In this document: positions 1 through 9,848 of the stretch, in pieces | Position numbering within the stretch: the stretch's first letter is position 1 | Layout: each line of letters begins with the position of its first letter | DNA from: an uncultured delta proteobacterium | GTDB lineage: Bacteria; Myxococcota_A; Polyangia; Polyangiales; Houyiibacteriaceae | NCBI GenBank assembly: GCA_963699755.1 | Contig: CAVOVB010000001.1 | Location: forward strand, 1,056,001 to 1,120,000 | Length of the DNA: 64,000 nt | Direction: 5' to 3' | Translations under genes and position numbers: made by a program | The notes under the pieces: model-generated | Databases searched by the model: none | The model's input: only the letters and a program-made list of their open reading frames with translations | What the model was told of the DNA's origin: nothing

Positions 1-3000
1 CCTGCACAGGTGCGCTGAAGACCACGCGCTTCACGTTCTTCCAGCGGCGGCTCCGCACGATTGCGCTCGAGACGGCTGCCTTTCCAACGCCGTCGACGCC
101 CACCAGCGCGACCGAGCGCAATCGACCTTTGACTTCACTCGAAAGCACGGCCTCCCCTCGGCGGATCTCCTGGTCGCGGCCGGTGAGCACGTCGCCGGCC
201 TCCATCGTATCTGCGGCGAAGAGGCGCCGGTAGACCAGAGGCAGATTGGTCGCCACCTCGGGAGCTGCAAAGGTTCCCGCGGAGAGCTCCTCGGTTGGTA
301 CGGCTCTGGTAAGGCCGAGACGCTCACTCCAGCGCTCGAGGCGCTCCTCGCCGAACAAGGCTCGAAGGCCGCCGCGGAGTTGTGCCTTGAATCGCTTTAC
401 CCGGGGCTCGCGCTCGACCTTCTTCATGATCCGAAGTCCGCTGGCGGCGCGCCGCATCGCTTCGAGGCGTGACCTGCTGAAAGACCCTTCCGCAAGCTCG
501 CCGCGCAGCGTTTCGAGCGTACCGAGCGCCGCGTCATGCATCTCGCGTTCGATGATCTCCGGCCAGCCCTTCGCTTCGGCGCGAATCTCCTCGAGGGAGT
601 TGTAGTTTCGCTCGAGCTGGCCATAGACCATTTCGCGAAGCAGCGTGTGCATCTCTTCGGGAATCGACTCGTCGTGGACGATTTCGAGCTCGGCGGTTGC
701 TAGCTCCACATTGAACGCAACGACGCGCTCGAGCTCCTGAAGCAGGTTGGCCAAAGGCTGAACGCGGTCCGCCAGGTCCTGACGGCTTGCGAGTAGCTTC
801 GGGGCCACGCGGCTGTCGATATAGGTGAGGACCACCTCTCGGAATGGCACTTCAACCTCGGGTAGTGCGGTCGGCAAGCGCCACTCGCCTGTCTGACGCT
901 GCCCTACGGTCACTCGGTAGCGCGGCGTGAGCGCTCGGCAGGCGTCCACCAGGGTATCGAGCAGAGGGGCGATTTTCGTCTCGTCGCTCAGGTCTTGGTA
1001 GAGCTCGGCAGTGACGCGGGCGGCTTCGCCGGTGGCCTTGCTCGTCGGCTCGGTCGCCTTTCGTAGCGCGGCAGCCAGCTCTTCGCCGGAGTAGTCGCTC
1101 TCGAGCTCTGCGTTCAGCACCGACAGAGCGCTTTGGAGGGTATCGCTCACGCGCTCTACTTGAGATGTCGCTCGTCGCTTCACCGTGTTGGTGAGCCTGA
1201 GAACGTATTCGGCGACGTTGTCCTTGATTCGCGCTTCTAGGCCGAGAAGCTCGAGCTCCATGGCCAGCGTCGAATACTCTGCCGAGCTTGCCTTTCGAAG
1301 GTTCGAGACGTCTTTGGTGAGCGTCTCCATTGCCCGCATGCGGTTCGCGAAGCGGCGGCTCGTGCGTCGCTCGCCAGTGCGAAGGTCGAGGGTTCCAAAG
1401 ATCGGCAAGTCCTCTTTCATCCTGACAAAACCCGTCGCCAGGGCGCTCGCAGCACGATGGGTACCGTCGCCGGTGATGCGCACCGTTTCATCGAGCGCGA
1501 GAGCCAGCTCTTCTTCGACGTCGTGCCTCAGACGAACCAACTGCCCTTCGAGGTCGGCATCCGGATCAGCGGAGATGTCGACGATGTCGTCGTAGCCCGC
1601 GATCACACCGTCAAAGAGACTTCGTGTGCGAGCCGCGAGGTGCCGATCGGCTTCGACGAAGAGCGCGGCCAGGGCCTCGAGCCGAGCAGGCGCATCATAC
1701 GAGAGATGGAAGCGACCAAGGGCGCGTAGCCGGACATCGCGAGTCGGCGGAGTTTGCCCTAGGGCTCTGCGCCAGCCCCGCCTCAGCCGCAGCATGCCCC
1801 GGCGGAGCCGCTTCCAAATCGAATCATCATCTTTGGTCTGGTAGGTGACGTCTTCGAACGGCGCCGTGACGACCGACGGAAGCTCGTCGACCAGACCGTC
1901 GACGTTTTCGAGCATGCCTTCGGGCGTCCAGGTGAGCTTGGCGAGCGTAACCGACCGGCCGAGGACGATCCCCCGCCAGTGCGCCGCCAGGTCAGATTGA
2001 GCGGAGCGCAATAGCGTCACCAGCTCGTCCCGTTCCGCGCCGTCTTCAGCGCGAGCCTGAACGGTCAAGCGCCGATGATGGCGTAAGAACTCACGTCGAA
2101 GGTCCCGCAAATACTTCCCCGCGTCGAGCTGGAACTCTCGAAGGGGGCCGGTCGATACTTCACGCACGAGACTCTGCAGATCACCGCCGAGGTCCTGAAC
2201 ACGACTATTGAGCTTCGCGCTCTTCGTCTCCAGAGGATCGCCCCATAGGTTCTTCGCGCCAACGTGCTCGGGCCAGGGCTCTAGTTGTTTGGATGCTCCG
2301 TCCTCGCCGGCTGGTCGCATCGAAGGCGGCCTGACCGACAAATGCCTCGTCGGGGTGAGCGACTTTCGGCTGACGCTGGTTTCACCAGCGAGACTGAGGC
2401 CGAGCTTGAAGATGACGGGGCCCAGCAGCTCGTTGATCGCAACTCCGCCGATGAGCAAAGTTTCGAGCGAGCGCCCGAGCTCGCCAAACTCCCTACCGAT
2501 GATGGCGGCCAGCAAGATCGACACGCCGGCCTGGGAAACGAAACCCATCCAGCCGAAGGCTCGAGTCCCATCGTCCGCTTTGCCAATCCGGGCGCCGATC
2601 TTCGTTCCAGAGAACAGCGCAAACGCGCGGACCGAGACGATGGCCAACGCGAAGAGGGCGACCTGTTGCAATTCCTCGAGATGGAGCTTGGCGCCGGCGA
2701 GCGTGAAGAATACGACGTAGACAGGCAAGGAGAGGCGCTCGACCGTTTCGATCAGCCGGTGTCCCGTCTTCGAGAAATTTGAAACCCCAAAGCCTGCCGC
2801 GAGGAAGACGAGCACGGTGTCCCAGCCGAGCTGATTGGCAATGAAGGAGACTAGGTACACGACGCCCACGACGAAAATCAGAAGCTCCTGATTCACGTAG
2901 CGGATGTAGAGCGCCATCAGTCCGCCCACGACCACCGCTCCGAAGAGGATCGAGATGACGATGTGCTGGAGCAGGTAAGCGGCAATTCCGCCTTCCAACG

Positions 3001-3757
3001 CGCCCATACCGACTTGCTGCGCGACCACGACCTGTGCAATCGCGAAAGCGACGACGACGACGACGTCCTTGAGAACGACTGCGGACAGAACGTTCCGTGT
3101 CATCGGACCAACAGCCTTGGACTCCATGATCACGGCGATCGTGGCCGCCGGGGAGGTTGCCAGGGATACGGATGCGACCATGGCGCCTACGGCGAGCGCC
3201 GCCGCCGTCGGCAGCCCTGCAAGGCCAGGCAGGCCGATGTAGGGCACCGCACCCGAGATCAGCCAAAAGAACGCCGTCACCAGGACGCCAATTGATACGA
3301 TTTGTGCGGCGATGATCGAGCTGATCGCGCGGAGCCCCTTCCTAAGGCCTTCGAGCTTGAGCTCGCCGCCGGCGGTGAGCGCGATCAGCGCGACGGCGAG
3401 CGTGTCGAACAAGCTCAGCTGCTCGATCACCTCATCGTTGAGAATGCCTTTGTCGAAGGGTGCTGGAAGACCGAATCCATTCAGAACCTTCGCCAGTGAT
3501 GGACCAAAGACCAGGCCGGCGATCAAATATCCGGTGATGTGAGGCAGCCGGATTTGACCGACGAGCCCGCCGATGGTGTAGCTCGCCAGAACGACGAATC
3601 CGAATGCGAGCATCCCACTTGGGTCGAAGGGATGCTGGGCGAACTGCTCGAACTGATAGAGCGCCACCATCCCAAACAAGAGCAGCACGATGACGGTGAT
3701 CTGCCGCCGCGCGTGCGTCTCTTCGCCAGGGGGAGGGATGCTGTACGCGCCCGTCAT
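1..3757 (-). CDS. Cation:proton antiporter (CPA-type) N-terminal domain fused to a long helical region and a C-terminal P-loop NTPase-like domain; 3'-truncated by the window edge (>1250 aa)
   Basis: The ATG at 3757 overlaps the trkH stop (TGATG). Manual translation gives MTGAYSIPPPG...GFVVLASYTIGGLVGQIRLPHITGYLIAGLVFGPS (CPA signature). The membrane part ends near 2400 (LLGPVIFKLGL). No terminated ORF in this frame is in the track, and spot checks at 2220-2400 and 1-300 show no stop. Near the edge: LPLVYRRLF...LTGRDQE...VALVGVDGVGKA. Confidence 0.85.
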   Translation of the reverse strand, partial: MTGAYSIPPPGEETHARRQITVIVLLLFGMVALYQFEQFAQHPFDPSGMLAFGFVVLASYTIGGLVGQIRLPHITGYLIAGLVFGPSLAKVLNGFGLPAPFDKGILNDEVIEQLSLFDTLAVALIALTAGGELKLEGLRKGLRAISSIIAAQIVSIGVLVTAFFWLISGAVPYIGLPGLAGLPTAAALAVGAMVASVSLATSPAATIAVIMESKAVGPMTRNVLSAVVLKDVVVVVAFAIAQVVVAQQVGMGALEGGIAAYLLQHIVISILFGAVVVGGLMALYIRYVNQELLIFVVGVVYLVSFIANQLGWDTVLVFLAAGFGVSNFSKTGHRLIETVERLSLPVYVVFFTLAGAKLHLEELQQVALFALAIVSVRAFALFSGTKIGARIGKADDGTRAFGWMGFVSQAGVSILLAAIIGREFGELGRSLETLLIGGVAINELLGPVIFKLGLSLAGETSVSRKSLTPTRHLSVRPPSMRPAGEDGASKQLEPWPEHVGAKNLWGDPLETKSAKLNSRVQDLGGDLQSLVREVSTGPLREFQLDAGKYLRDLRREFLRHHRRLTVQARAEDGAERDELVTLLRSAQSDLAAHWRGIVLGRSVTLAKLTWTPEGMLENVDGLVDELPSVVTAPFEDVTYQTKDDDSIWKRLRRGMLRLRRGWRRALGQTPPTRDVRLRALGRFHLSYDAPARLEALAALFVEADRHLAARTRSLFDGVIAGYDDIVDISADPDADLEGQLVRLRHDVEEELALALDETVRITGDGTHRAASALATGFVRMKEDLPIFGTLDLRTGERRTSRRFANRMRAMETLTKDVSNLRKASSAEYSTLAMELELLGLEARIKDNVAEYVLRLTNTVKRRATSQVERVSDTLQSALSVLNAELESDYSGEELAAALRKATEPTSKATGEAARVTAELYQDLSDETKIAPLLDTLVDACRALTPRYRVTVGQRQTGEWRLPTALPEVEVPFREVVLTYIDSRVAPKLLASRQDLADRVQPLANLLQELERVVAFNVELATAELEIVHDESIPEEMHTLLREMVYGQLERNYNSLEEIRAEAKGWPEIIEREMHDAALGTLETLRGELAEGSFSRSRLEAMRRAASGLRIMKKVEREPRVKRFKAQLRGGLRALFGEERLERWSERLGLTRAVPTEELSAGTFAAPEVATNLPLVYRRLFAADTMEAGDVLTGRDQEIRRGEAVLSSEVKGRLRSVALVGVDGVGKAAVSSAIVRSRRWKNVKRVVFSAPVQ

Positions 3758-5247
3758 CACCGCCTCCAGAACGCTGGGAGCATGAGCGCGAAGAGCGTGA
3801 AGAACTCGAGTCGTCCGAGAAGCATGGCCATCGAGAAGAAGAACTTGCTACCAGGCGAGTAAGCGGCGAAGTTGTCCGGCCCCACGTGGAAGGGTGCGGG
3901 GCCCATGTTCGACAGGCAAGTCAGCATCGCCCCAAAAGCCGTGGGCGCGGGAACGCCTTCGACCAGGGTCACGAAGATCAGGCCGAAACCGATGCATCCC
4001 ATGTAGATCAGAAAGAAGGACGCGACGTCGGAGAGAACCTGGTTGCTGATCGCGACTTTCCCCATGCGAACCAGCTGCACGCTGGCCGGGCGGAAGCTCT
4101 TTTGGATTTGAGCGATCGCCTGCTTGCCCATCAAGACCGCTCGCTCGACCTTGATGCCGCCGGCCGTCGAACCGGAGCATCCGCCGACGAACATGATGAG
4201 GATCAAGATCGTCAGCGCCGTCGAGCTGTAGGCGCTGTAGTCGTCGGTACCATAGCCCGTGGAGGAGATCGTGGTCGCCACCATGAAGAAGGAGTAGCGA
4301 AAGGAGGTTAGGAGCTCTTCATGCACGCTCAGGTTGAGGATCGTCAGGAAGATGACCGCCGTCACGACGATTGCGAGGTACCAGCGAAACTCGATGTTAC
4401 GGAGCAGCGACCTCCAGTTGCCGGTTCGCAACAGGCCATAGTAGAGCCCGTAGTTCACGCTGCCGATCAGCATGAAGCAGGCGATCACGTACTCGACGGC
4501 GGCGCTGTGGAAGCCGCCTACCGAGCTGTCGAGGGTCGAAAAGCCGCCCGTCGACATGGTCGTGAACGCATGGCAGACCGCGTCGAAGAGGTCGAGGCCC
4601 AAGATCTTGAGAAGCGCGATCTCGATGATGGTGAGGGCGCCGTAGAGCTTCCACAGCGCAAATGACGTCTCGGCGATTCGCGGCCGCAAACCCTCCGCCG
4701 TGGTTCCAGGCACCTCTCCACGAAACAGATGTTTGCCACCTGCGCCGAGGTTCGGGAAGACCGCGACGAACAAGACGACGATGCCCATGCCGCCTAGCCA
4801 TTGAATCAGCGAACGCCAGAGCAGAAGTGGCCGCGACAAGCGCCCCTCGATGTCGGAGATCACCGTTGCGCCGGTAGTCGTCAGGCCGCTGACCGCTTCG
4901 AAAAATGAATCGGAGGCCGACATTCCTGCTCCGAGAACGAACGGAACTGCACCGCAGACCCCAGCCGCGACCCAGATCAAGCTCACCGCGAGCAAGGCCT
5001 CGCGCCGCGATATCCGCTCGGAGACGAAGCGATTCCCATAGAGAAACGCCGTCAGTCCTAGAATTGAGACGATGATTGCCGAGAGCGCCATCGCCGCCGC
5101 GCCGCCTTGCGGTCGGCTTGGGTCTGGCGCGAATTGGTCCCAAAGCATGCCGACACCAGCGCAGAGGGCGATCATCACGCCGATCCCGAGCACGACGGCT
5201 CCGACGGGTCGGATCACGCCACGAAAGTCTCTCGATTGCGTGCTCAC
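3757..5247 (-). CDS. trkH: Trk potassium uptake membrane subunit TrkH
   Basis: Four pore-loop motifs (SGLTTTGAT, TMSTGGFS, ISSTGYG, LSNMGP), plus WRSLIQWLGGMGIVVL, GGCSGSTAGGIK and MLLGRLE. Confidence 0.95.
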   Translation of the reverse strand: MSTQSRDFRGVIRPVGAVVLGIGVMIALCAGVGMLWDQFAPDPSRPQGGAAAMALSAIIVSILGLTAFLYGNRFVSERISRREALLAVSLIWVAAGVCGAVPFVLGAGMSASDSFFEAVSGLTTTGATVISDIEGRLSRPLLLWRSLIQWLGGMGIVVLFVAVFPNLGAGGKHLFRGEVPGTTAEGLRPRIAETSFALWKLYGALTIIEIALLKILGLDLFDAVCHAFTTMSTGGFSTLDSSVGGFHSAAVEYVIACFMLIGSVNYGLYYGLLRTGNWRSLLRNIEFRWYLAIVVTAVIFLTILNLSVHEELLTSFRYSFFMVATTISSTGYGTDDYSAYSSTALTILILIMFVGGCSGSTAGGIKVERAVLMGKQAIAQIQKSFRPASVQLVRMGKVAISNQVLSDVASFFLIYMGCIGFGLIFVTLVEGVPAPTAFGAMLTCLSNMGPAPFHVGPDNFAAYSPGSKFFFSMAMLLGRLEFFTLFALMLPAFWRR

Positions 5248-6584
5248 TCACCCCTCGGCCGGAAGAGACGCTCGACGGTTGCCCGCGCGTCCCTGGTGGT
5301 CATCAGGATCACCCGGTCCCCCGGATGCACGACGTCCTTTCCGTGTGGAATGATCACCTCGTCGCCGTGTACGATTGCCGCCAGCAGCGAGCCGCGGGGC
5401 AGATTCATACGGTGCAAGGGCTTGTTCACCGCGCGGCACTTCGCGCTTGCGGTGAGTTCCACGACCTCCGCTTGGCCGTCCTCGAGCACCGTCAAGCCGT
5501 GAAGGCCCCCACCTCGTGAGAAGCGAAGGATCTGGTCGGAGGCCACGGTGCGCGGCGACAGAACGATGTCGATGCCGAGCTGTCGATATATCGACGCGTA
5601 GTCCGCGCGCTGCACGATCGTGGCGGTTCGCTTGCAGCCTGCACGCTGCGCGAGAAGCGCCGCCATGAGGTTGATCTCGTCCTGCTTGGTGACGGCGGCG
5701 AACAAGTCATAAGTACCGACCTCCTCCTCGTCGAGGAGCGCCCCGTCGGTACCATCGCCATGCACGACCTGGACCCCTTGGAATTCCCCGCTGATCTCTT
5801 CTGCCACCTCGAGATCGCTTTCGATCATCATGATCGTGGCCTGTTGCTGCAGGAGGTCGCGCGCGAGCGCCTTGCCGACCACACCGCCACCAACGATACA
5901 GACTCTGCGTGCTTCGCGTTCCTTGCTGAAGAGTCGCTCGGCGGCGAGTACGCCCTCGGGCCGGCCGATCAGATACACGCGGTCCCCTTTGACCAAGACG
6001 TCGGCGCCGCCAGGGACGAAGAGCTCTCCCTCACGAACCACCGCGCTGACCAGCGTATGTGGTGGCAGCTCGACGGACGAAAGCGGCTTGTTCAGCATTC
6101 GGGATTCGTCGAGGTCGATCTGTACGAGCTCGACTCGATCCTGGGCGAGGTCGATGACGTCCGAGGCGCCGTAAGAGCGAGCGATGCGGCTGAGCTCCTG
6201 TGCGACGAGCACGCGAGGATTGATCACGACGTCGACGCCGAGCAAGCCGTAGCGGATTCCTTCCGTCCATTCGGACCAGGCCGTCCCCTGGACGCGAGCC
6301 ACCACGTGCTTTGCGCCGAGCTGCTTCGCGGCCAGAGCGGCGATCAGATTCATTTCGTCGTGGTCGGTTACCGAAACCACTAGGTCTGCTCGGCCCACGC
6401 CAGCGATCTTCAGCAGGGTTTCGCTCGCGCCGTAGCCGATGATGGAGGCGACATCGTAGTGCTCTTCGGCGTATTGCACCGCCTTGGGGTTCGAATCGAC
6501 AGCGATGATGTCGTGGCCTTCCTTGTCGAGCACGCTCAACAAGTGACGACCCACCTCGCCCAAGCCTATGATGACGATGTTCAA
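5244..6584 (-). CDS. trkA: Trk potassium uptake NAD-binding RCK subunit TrkA
   Basis: 446 aa with two Rossmann motifs (IIGLGEVG, IVGGGVVG) and two TrkA_C-like segments. TTG start overlaps the upstream stop; stop overlaps the trkH start. Confidence 0.95.
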   Translation of the reverse strand: MNIVIIGLGEVGRHLLSVLDKEGHDIIAVDSNPKAVQYAEEHYDVASIIGYGASETLLKIAGVGRADLVVSVTDHDEMNLIAALAAKQLGAKHVVARVQGTAWSEWTEGIRYGLLGVDVVINPRVLVAQELSRIARSYGASDVIDLAQDRVELVQIDLDESRMLNKPLSSVELPPHTLVSAVVREGELFVPGGADVLVKGDRVYLIGRPEGVLAAERLFSKEREARRVCIVGGGVVGKALARDLLQQQATIMMIESDLEVAEEISGEFQGVQVVHGDGTDGALLDEEEVGTYDLFAAVTKQDEINLMAALLAQRAGCKRTATIVQRADYASIYRQLGIDIVLSPRTVASDQILRFSRGGGLHGLTVLEDGQAEVVELTASAKCRAVNKPLHRMNLPRGSLLAAIVHGDEVIIPHGKDVVHPGDRVILMTTRDARATVERLFRPRGE

Positions 6585-7921
6585 GTGGCACCCATCTCAA
6601 TCGTTGTTGGGGAATCGCTATCCTTGAGCTCGCGCTGGATTTCACCTTCATCGGCGAGCAAGCCGCGGAGCAGTCGTGGCCCGACCAGGTCGTTGATGAT
6701 GACCGAGCCCAGCACCACGGAATACGCGACGTTCGCCGCCTCGCCTTGGTAGACGAGGCGAAACGAGACCGCCATCGCCAGCGTGACGTCGCCATGCGCC
6801 AAGAGCCCCCGAAACAGATCTTTGCGCAATGTCGTCCCCCAACCTGCAATCACGCTTGCGATCCACTTCGCGCCCGTGCGGGCGGCGAGGAATCCCGAGA
6901 GCGCGACTAGGGTAGGCGCTAGGGGAGTCGGCTGCCAGAGCGCGCCGGCGAAGACGAGCAGCACAATCGCCATCGGACGTTCGGTCGACTCGAGCGTCGT
7001 GTGCAAGAGCTGGCCGCCTCGCGCGAAATTCACGAGAACGAAGCCCATCGAAAGGTTGACCGCCAAGGGCGACAGCTCGAGGAAGTAGGCGCCGCCTGAA
7101 GCGAAAGCGATGATGCCGACGAGCGCCAGGAAGCGCGAGTTGTCCGATTCGTCGCCAGCCAGGAAGAGCGAAAACAGGAAGCCGAGCGCAGCGCCCAGCA
7201 AGACCGTGACCCAGGCCCAGAGCGAGGGGGAATAGTCCTGCGCTTGAGGCGCATTCTCGTGGAATACGCAGAAGATCAGACCAAAGGCCAATATCACGGC
7301 GATGTCCCCGAGCCGCGTTCCGTTGCGCAGGAGGGAAGTGAGCCTTCCGCTGATCTCGTAGCGTCTAGCCAGAAGGTCGAACGGCTCGGTCGAATCGGCA
7401 GCGGCGAAGCAGGCAAGGGCCGCCGCGCTCAGTGCTGCATCGCGCCGCGTCGTCACGAGCCAGCCGGCCTCGGTGAAGAAGTAGTAGGCACCGAACCCGA
7501 CCGCCAGGCCGGGCAGAAGGTGATGCAGGAAGACTACTCGCCAGGTTGCCGGGTCGAGCTTCTGAAGGCTGGTGAAGTCGAAGTCCGTGCCTCGCAGAAG
7601 TCCGACCCAGCCCGCCGCGAGGGCGATGATGGGAAGCAGACCCGTCAGATTGTCGAACGCGTGAATCGCCGGAAAGGCTGGGCCGAGCAGGAAGCCGAGA
7701 AGGAGGTACTCTGCGCCACTCACGACGAGGAAGCGCCGTTGCAAACGCTCGACGACGTTGTGGGCGAGTACGTACGCAACTCCGATCACGACGACGAGCA
7801 CGACCACCGTGCCAAGCTCGCCCGCGCTACCCTTCGCAGCGGCTCCGCTCGCCGCGTACGCAGCGCTAGGCAGCGCCGCCCAGACGAGCACCACTGCGGT
7901 CAAGATCAGGCTCCCCGCCAT
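6581..7921 (-). CDS. Multi-pass membrane protein, divergent cation:proton antiporter (CPA) family
   Basis: About 12 hydrophobic segments; EYLLLGFLLGPAFP, LELSPLAVNLSMGFVLVN and ARTGAKW resemble CPA helices. First gene of the trk operon. Confidence 0.7.
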   Translation of the reverse strand: MAGSLILTAVVLVWAALPSAAYAASGAAAKGSAGELGTVVVLVVVIGVAYVLAHNVVERLQRRFLVVSGAEYLLLGFLLGPAFPAIHAFDNLTGLLPIIALAAGWVGLLRGTDFDFTSLQKLDPATWRVVFLHHLLPGLAVGFGAYYFFTEAGWLVTTRRDAALSAAALACFAAADSTEPFDLLARRYEISGRLTSLLRNGTRLGDIAVILAFGLIFCVFHENAPQAQDYSPSLWAWVTVLLGAALGFLFSLFLAGDESDNSRFLALVGIIAFASGGAYFLELSPLAVNLSMGFVLVNFARGGQLLHTTLESTERPMAIVLLVFAGALWQPTPLAPTLVALSGFLAARTGAKWIASVIAGWGTTLRKDLFRGLLAHGDVTLAMAVSFRLVYQGEAANVAYSVVLGSVIINDLVGPRLLRGLLADEGEIQRELKDSDSPTTIEMGAT

Positions 7922-7997
7922 ATCCGCTCAATTGTGAAGAAGAAGCTCTCCGAACGGTAGTTTCAGGCTGGACAGCCGTTCAGCCAGCCCGCGCGTT

Positions 7998-8663
7998 CTA
8001 ACCCCGCAGCCCATCGAGCACGATCGCGATCAAGCTCCTGCTTGTTTCGATCGGGTCCAACTGGACCTGTTTCCGCACGGAGGCCAAAGCGAGCGCCTCC
8101 ACGGCTCCGAGAACCGCCAGCGCGCTCACACGAGGGTCGGAGACCGACACGAAGTCTCGGTCTGCGGCGATCTGGCTCAGGGTCATGGCCTTTTCGTCGA
8201 GATCGTTCGCCAGATCGGAGATCGCCTGCCGTGCCACCGTCGCCGGCGCCCGGCGCTCCTGGAGATAAAGGCACATCGCATCCGGATACATGGCAAGCGC
8301 CCCAACCAATCGATTGCCGAGCTGACCGTATGCCGCGACCGCCTCGTCGCGACCATTCGCCTTGCGGAGTTGCTCCTCGCATGCGTCGATCGCCTCATGC
8401 GTGGTAGTGGCGACCGGGGTGATGACCGCTTCGACGAGATCTGATTTGTCTCGAAAATAGCGGTAGAAATTGCCCTTGGCCATGCCGGCTTCGCGGGCGA
8501 CGTCATCGATCGTCACCGCTTCGATCCCGCGTTCCAGAAAGAGCGAGAGCCCAGCGTCGATCAGGTCCTGGACTCGTTTCCGTCGGTTGAGATCTCGCTT
8601 GCCACCAAATGCGCCGGGTCTTTCAACGGGGCCGGCGCGCCTTGGCCTTCTCTCGTCGTCCAT
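7998..8663 (-). CDS. TetR/AcrR family transcriptional regulator
   Basis: N-terminal HTH: LFLERGIEAVTIDDVAREAGMAKGNFYRYFRDKSDL. Confidence 0.92.
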   Translation of the reverse strand: MDDERRPRRAGPVERPGAFGGKRDLNRRKRVQDLIDAGLSLFLERGIEAVTIDDVAREAGMAKGNFYRYFRDKSDLVEAVITPVATTTHEAIDACEEQLRKANGRDEAVAAYGQLGNRLVGALAMYPDAMCLYLQERRAPATVARQAISDLANDLDEKAMTLSQIAADRDFVSVSDPRVSALAVLGAVEALALASVRKQVQLDPIETSRSLIAIVLDGLRG

Positions 8664-8884
8664 CGAGTTGCTCCTCGGGGGTCATGAGCCGCTTCGAGGA
8701 GCGAGTATGGGGCACGCGCGGCCCAGGTAAAGGGTCATTCGCGAAAATATTGCGCCCGAGCGTCCTCGATTTCACAAAATTGCGCCAAATGGGAGAACCC
8801 AACACAATTCGAAGAGTTAGACGCGATTGACAGGGACGGTGCCTCCCTCTAAGAGCTTGGCTTGGGACCACTGGAGCAAACTGG

Positions 8885-9841
8885 ATGACCTTGCCAGCGC
8901 GCAAACCGGATTGGCTTCGCGTGCGGCTCCCAGCAGGGCCGGAGCAGGACGAATTCACTGTTTTGAAGTCCCGGTTCCGCGGAAGGGGTCTTCATACCGT
9001 CTGCGAGGAAGCCCGCTGCCCGAACATCTTTGAATGCTGGGGGCAGGGGACCGCAACGGTGATGATCCTCGGCGAGACCTGCACGAGGGGCTGCCGCTTC
9101 TGCTCCGTTCAGACCGGGAAGCCCGGCGGCGCCGTAGATTCGAACGAACCCGAGAATACGGCGCTCTCGCTCGCCGAGATGGGGCTTGCGTACGTGGTGC
9201 TCACGATGGTCGATCGCGACGACCTCCCCGATGGCGGCGCCGCGCACGTCGCGAAGACGGTTCAGCGCATCAAGCATCATAGCCCTGAGCTTCGCGTCGA
9301 AACCTTGGTCGGAGATTTCCAGGGGCATCACGATGATGTTCGCGTCGTGGTGCAGGAAGGGCGCCCTGATGTCTTCGCGCACAACGTAGAAGTCGTACCG
9401 CGTTTGCAGCGGAGCGTTCGAGACGTGCGTTGTTCTTGGGAACGTTCGGTCGATGCACTGGTCGCCGCCAAAGAGCTCGGCGCTTCGATCACTAAGACCT
9501 CGCTGATGGTGGGCCTCGGAGAGGAATCACGCGAGGTGCTGGACGCCATGCAGCGTTTGCGAGATGCGAACGTCGACGTGCTCACGATCGGTCAGTACTT
9601 GCGACCGACTACACGCCATGCGTCGGTGCATCGATACGTCGAGCCCTCCGAGTTCGACGACTACGAAAAGGCTGGGCTCGACATGGGGTTCCGCTTCGTG
9701 GCCTCGGGCCCGCTCGTTCGCTCGAGCTATCGTGCGGCCGAGGTCTTTCTCACGGGGGCGCTCTCCGTAGGGGCAGAGCATGGCTCGGCGCCCAAAATGA
9801 ATCGCTACGGCAAGAAACGAAAGCTCGACGTGCTCGGCTGA
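8885..9841 (+). CDS. lipA: Lipoyl synthase
   Basis: RKPDWLR, CX4CX5C (CEEARCPNIFEC), radical-SAM CTRGCRFC, GQYLRP and RSSY motifs. Confidence 0.97.
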   Translation: MTLPARKPDWLRVRLPAGPEQDEFTVLKSRFRGRGLHTVCEEARCPNIFECWGQGTATVMILGETCTRGCRFCSVQTGKPGGAVDSNEPENTALSLAEMGLAYVVLTMVDRDDLPDGGAAHVAKTVQRIKHHSPELRVETLVGDFQGHHDDVRVVVQEGRPDVFAHNVEVVPRLQRSVRDVRCSWERSVDALVAAKELGASITKTSLMVGLGEESREVLDAMQRLRDANVDVLTIGQYLRPTTRHASVHRYVEPSEFDDYEKAGLDMGFRFVASGPLVRSSYRAAEVFLTGALSVGAEHGSAPKMNRYGKKRKLDVLG

Positions 9842-9848
9842 GGGGGAC

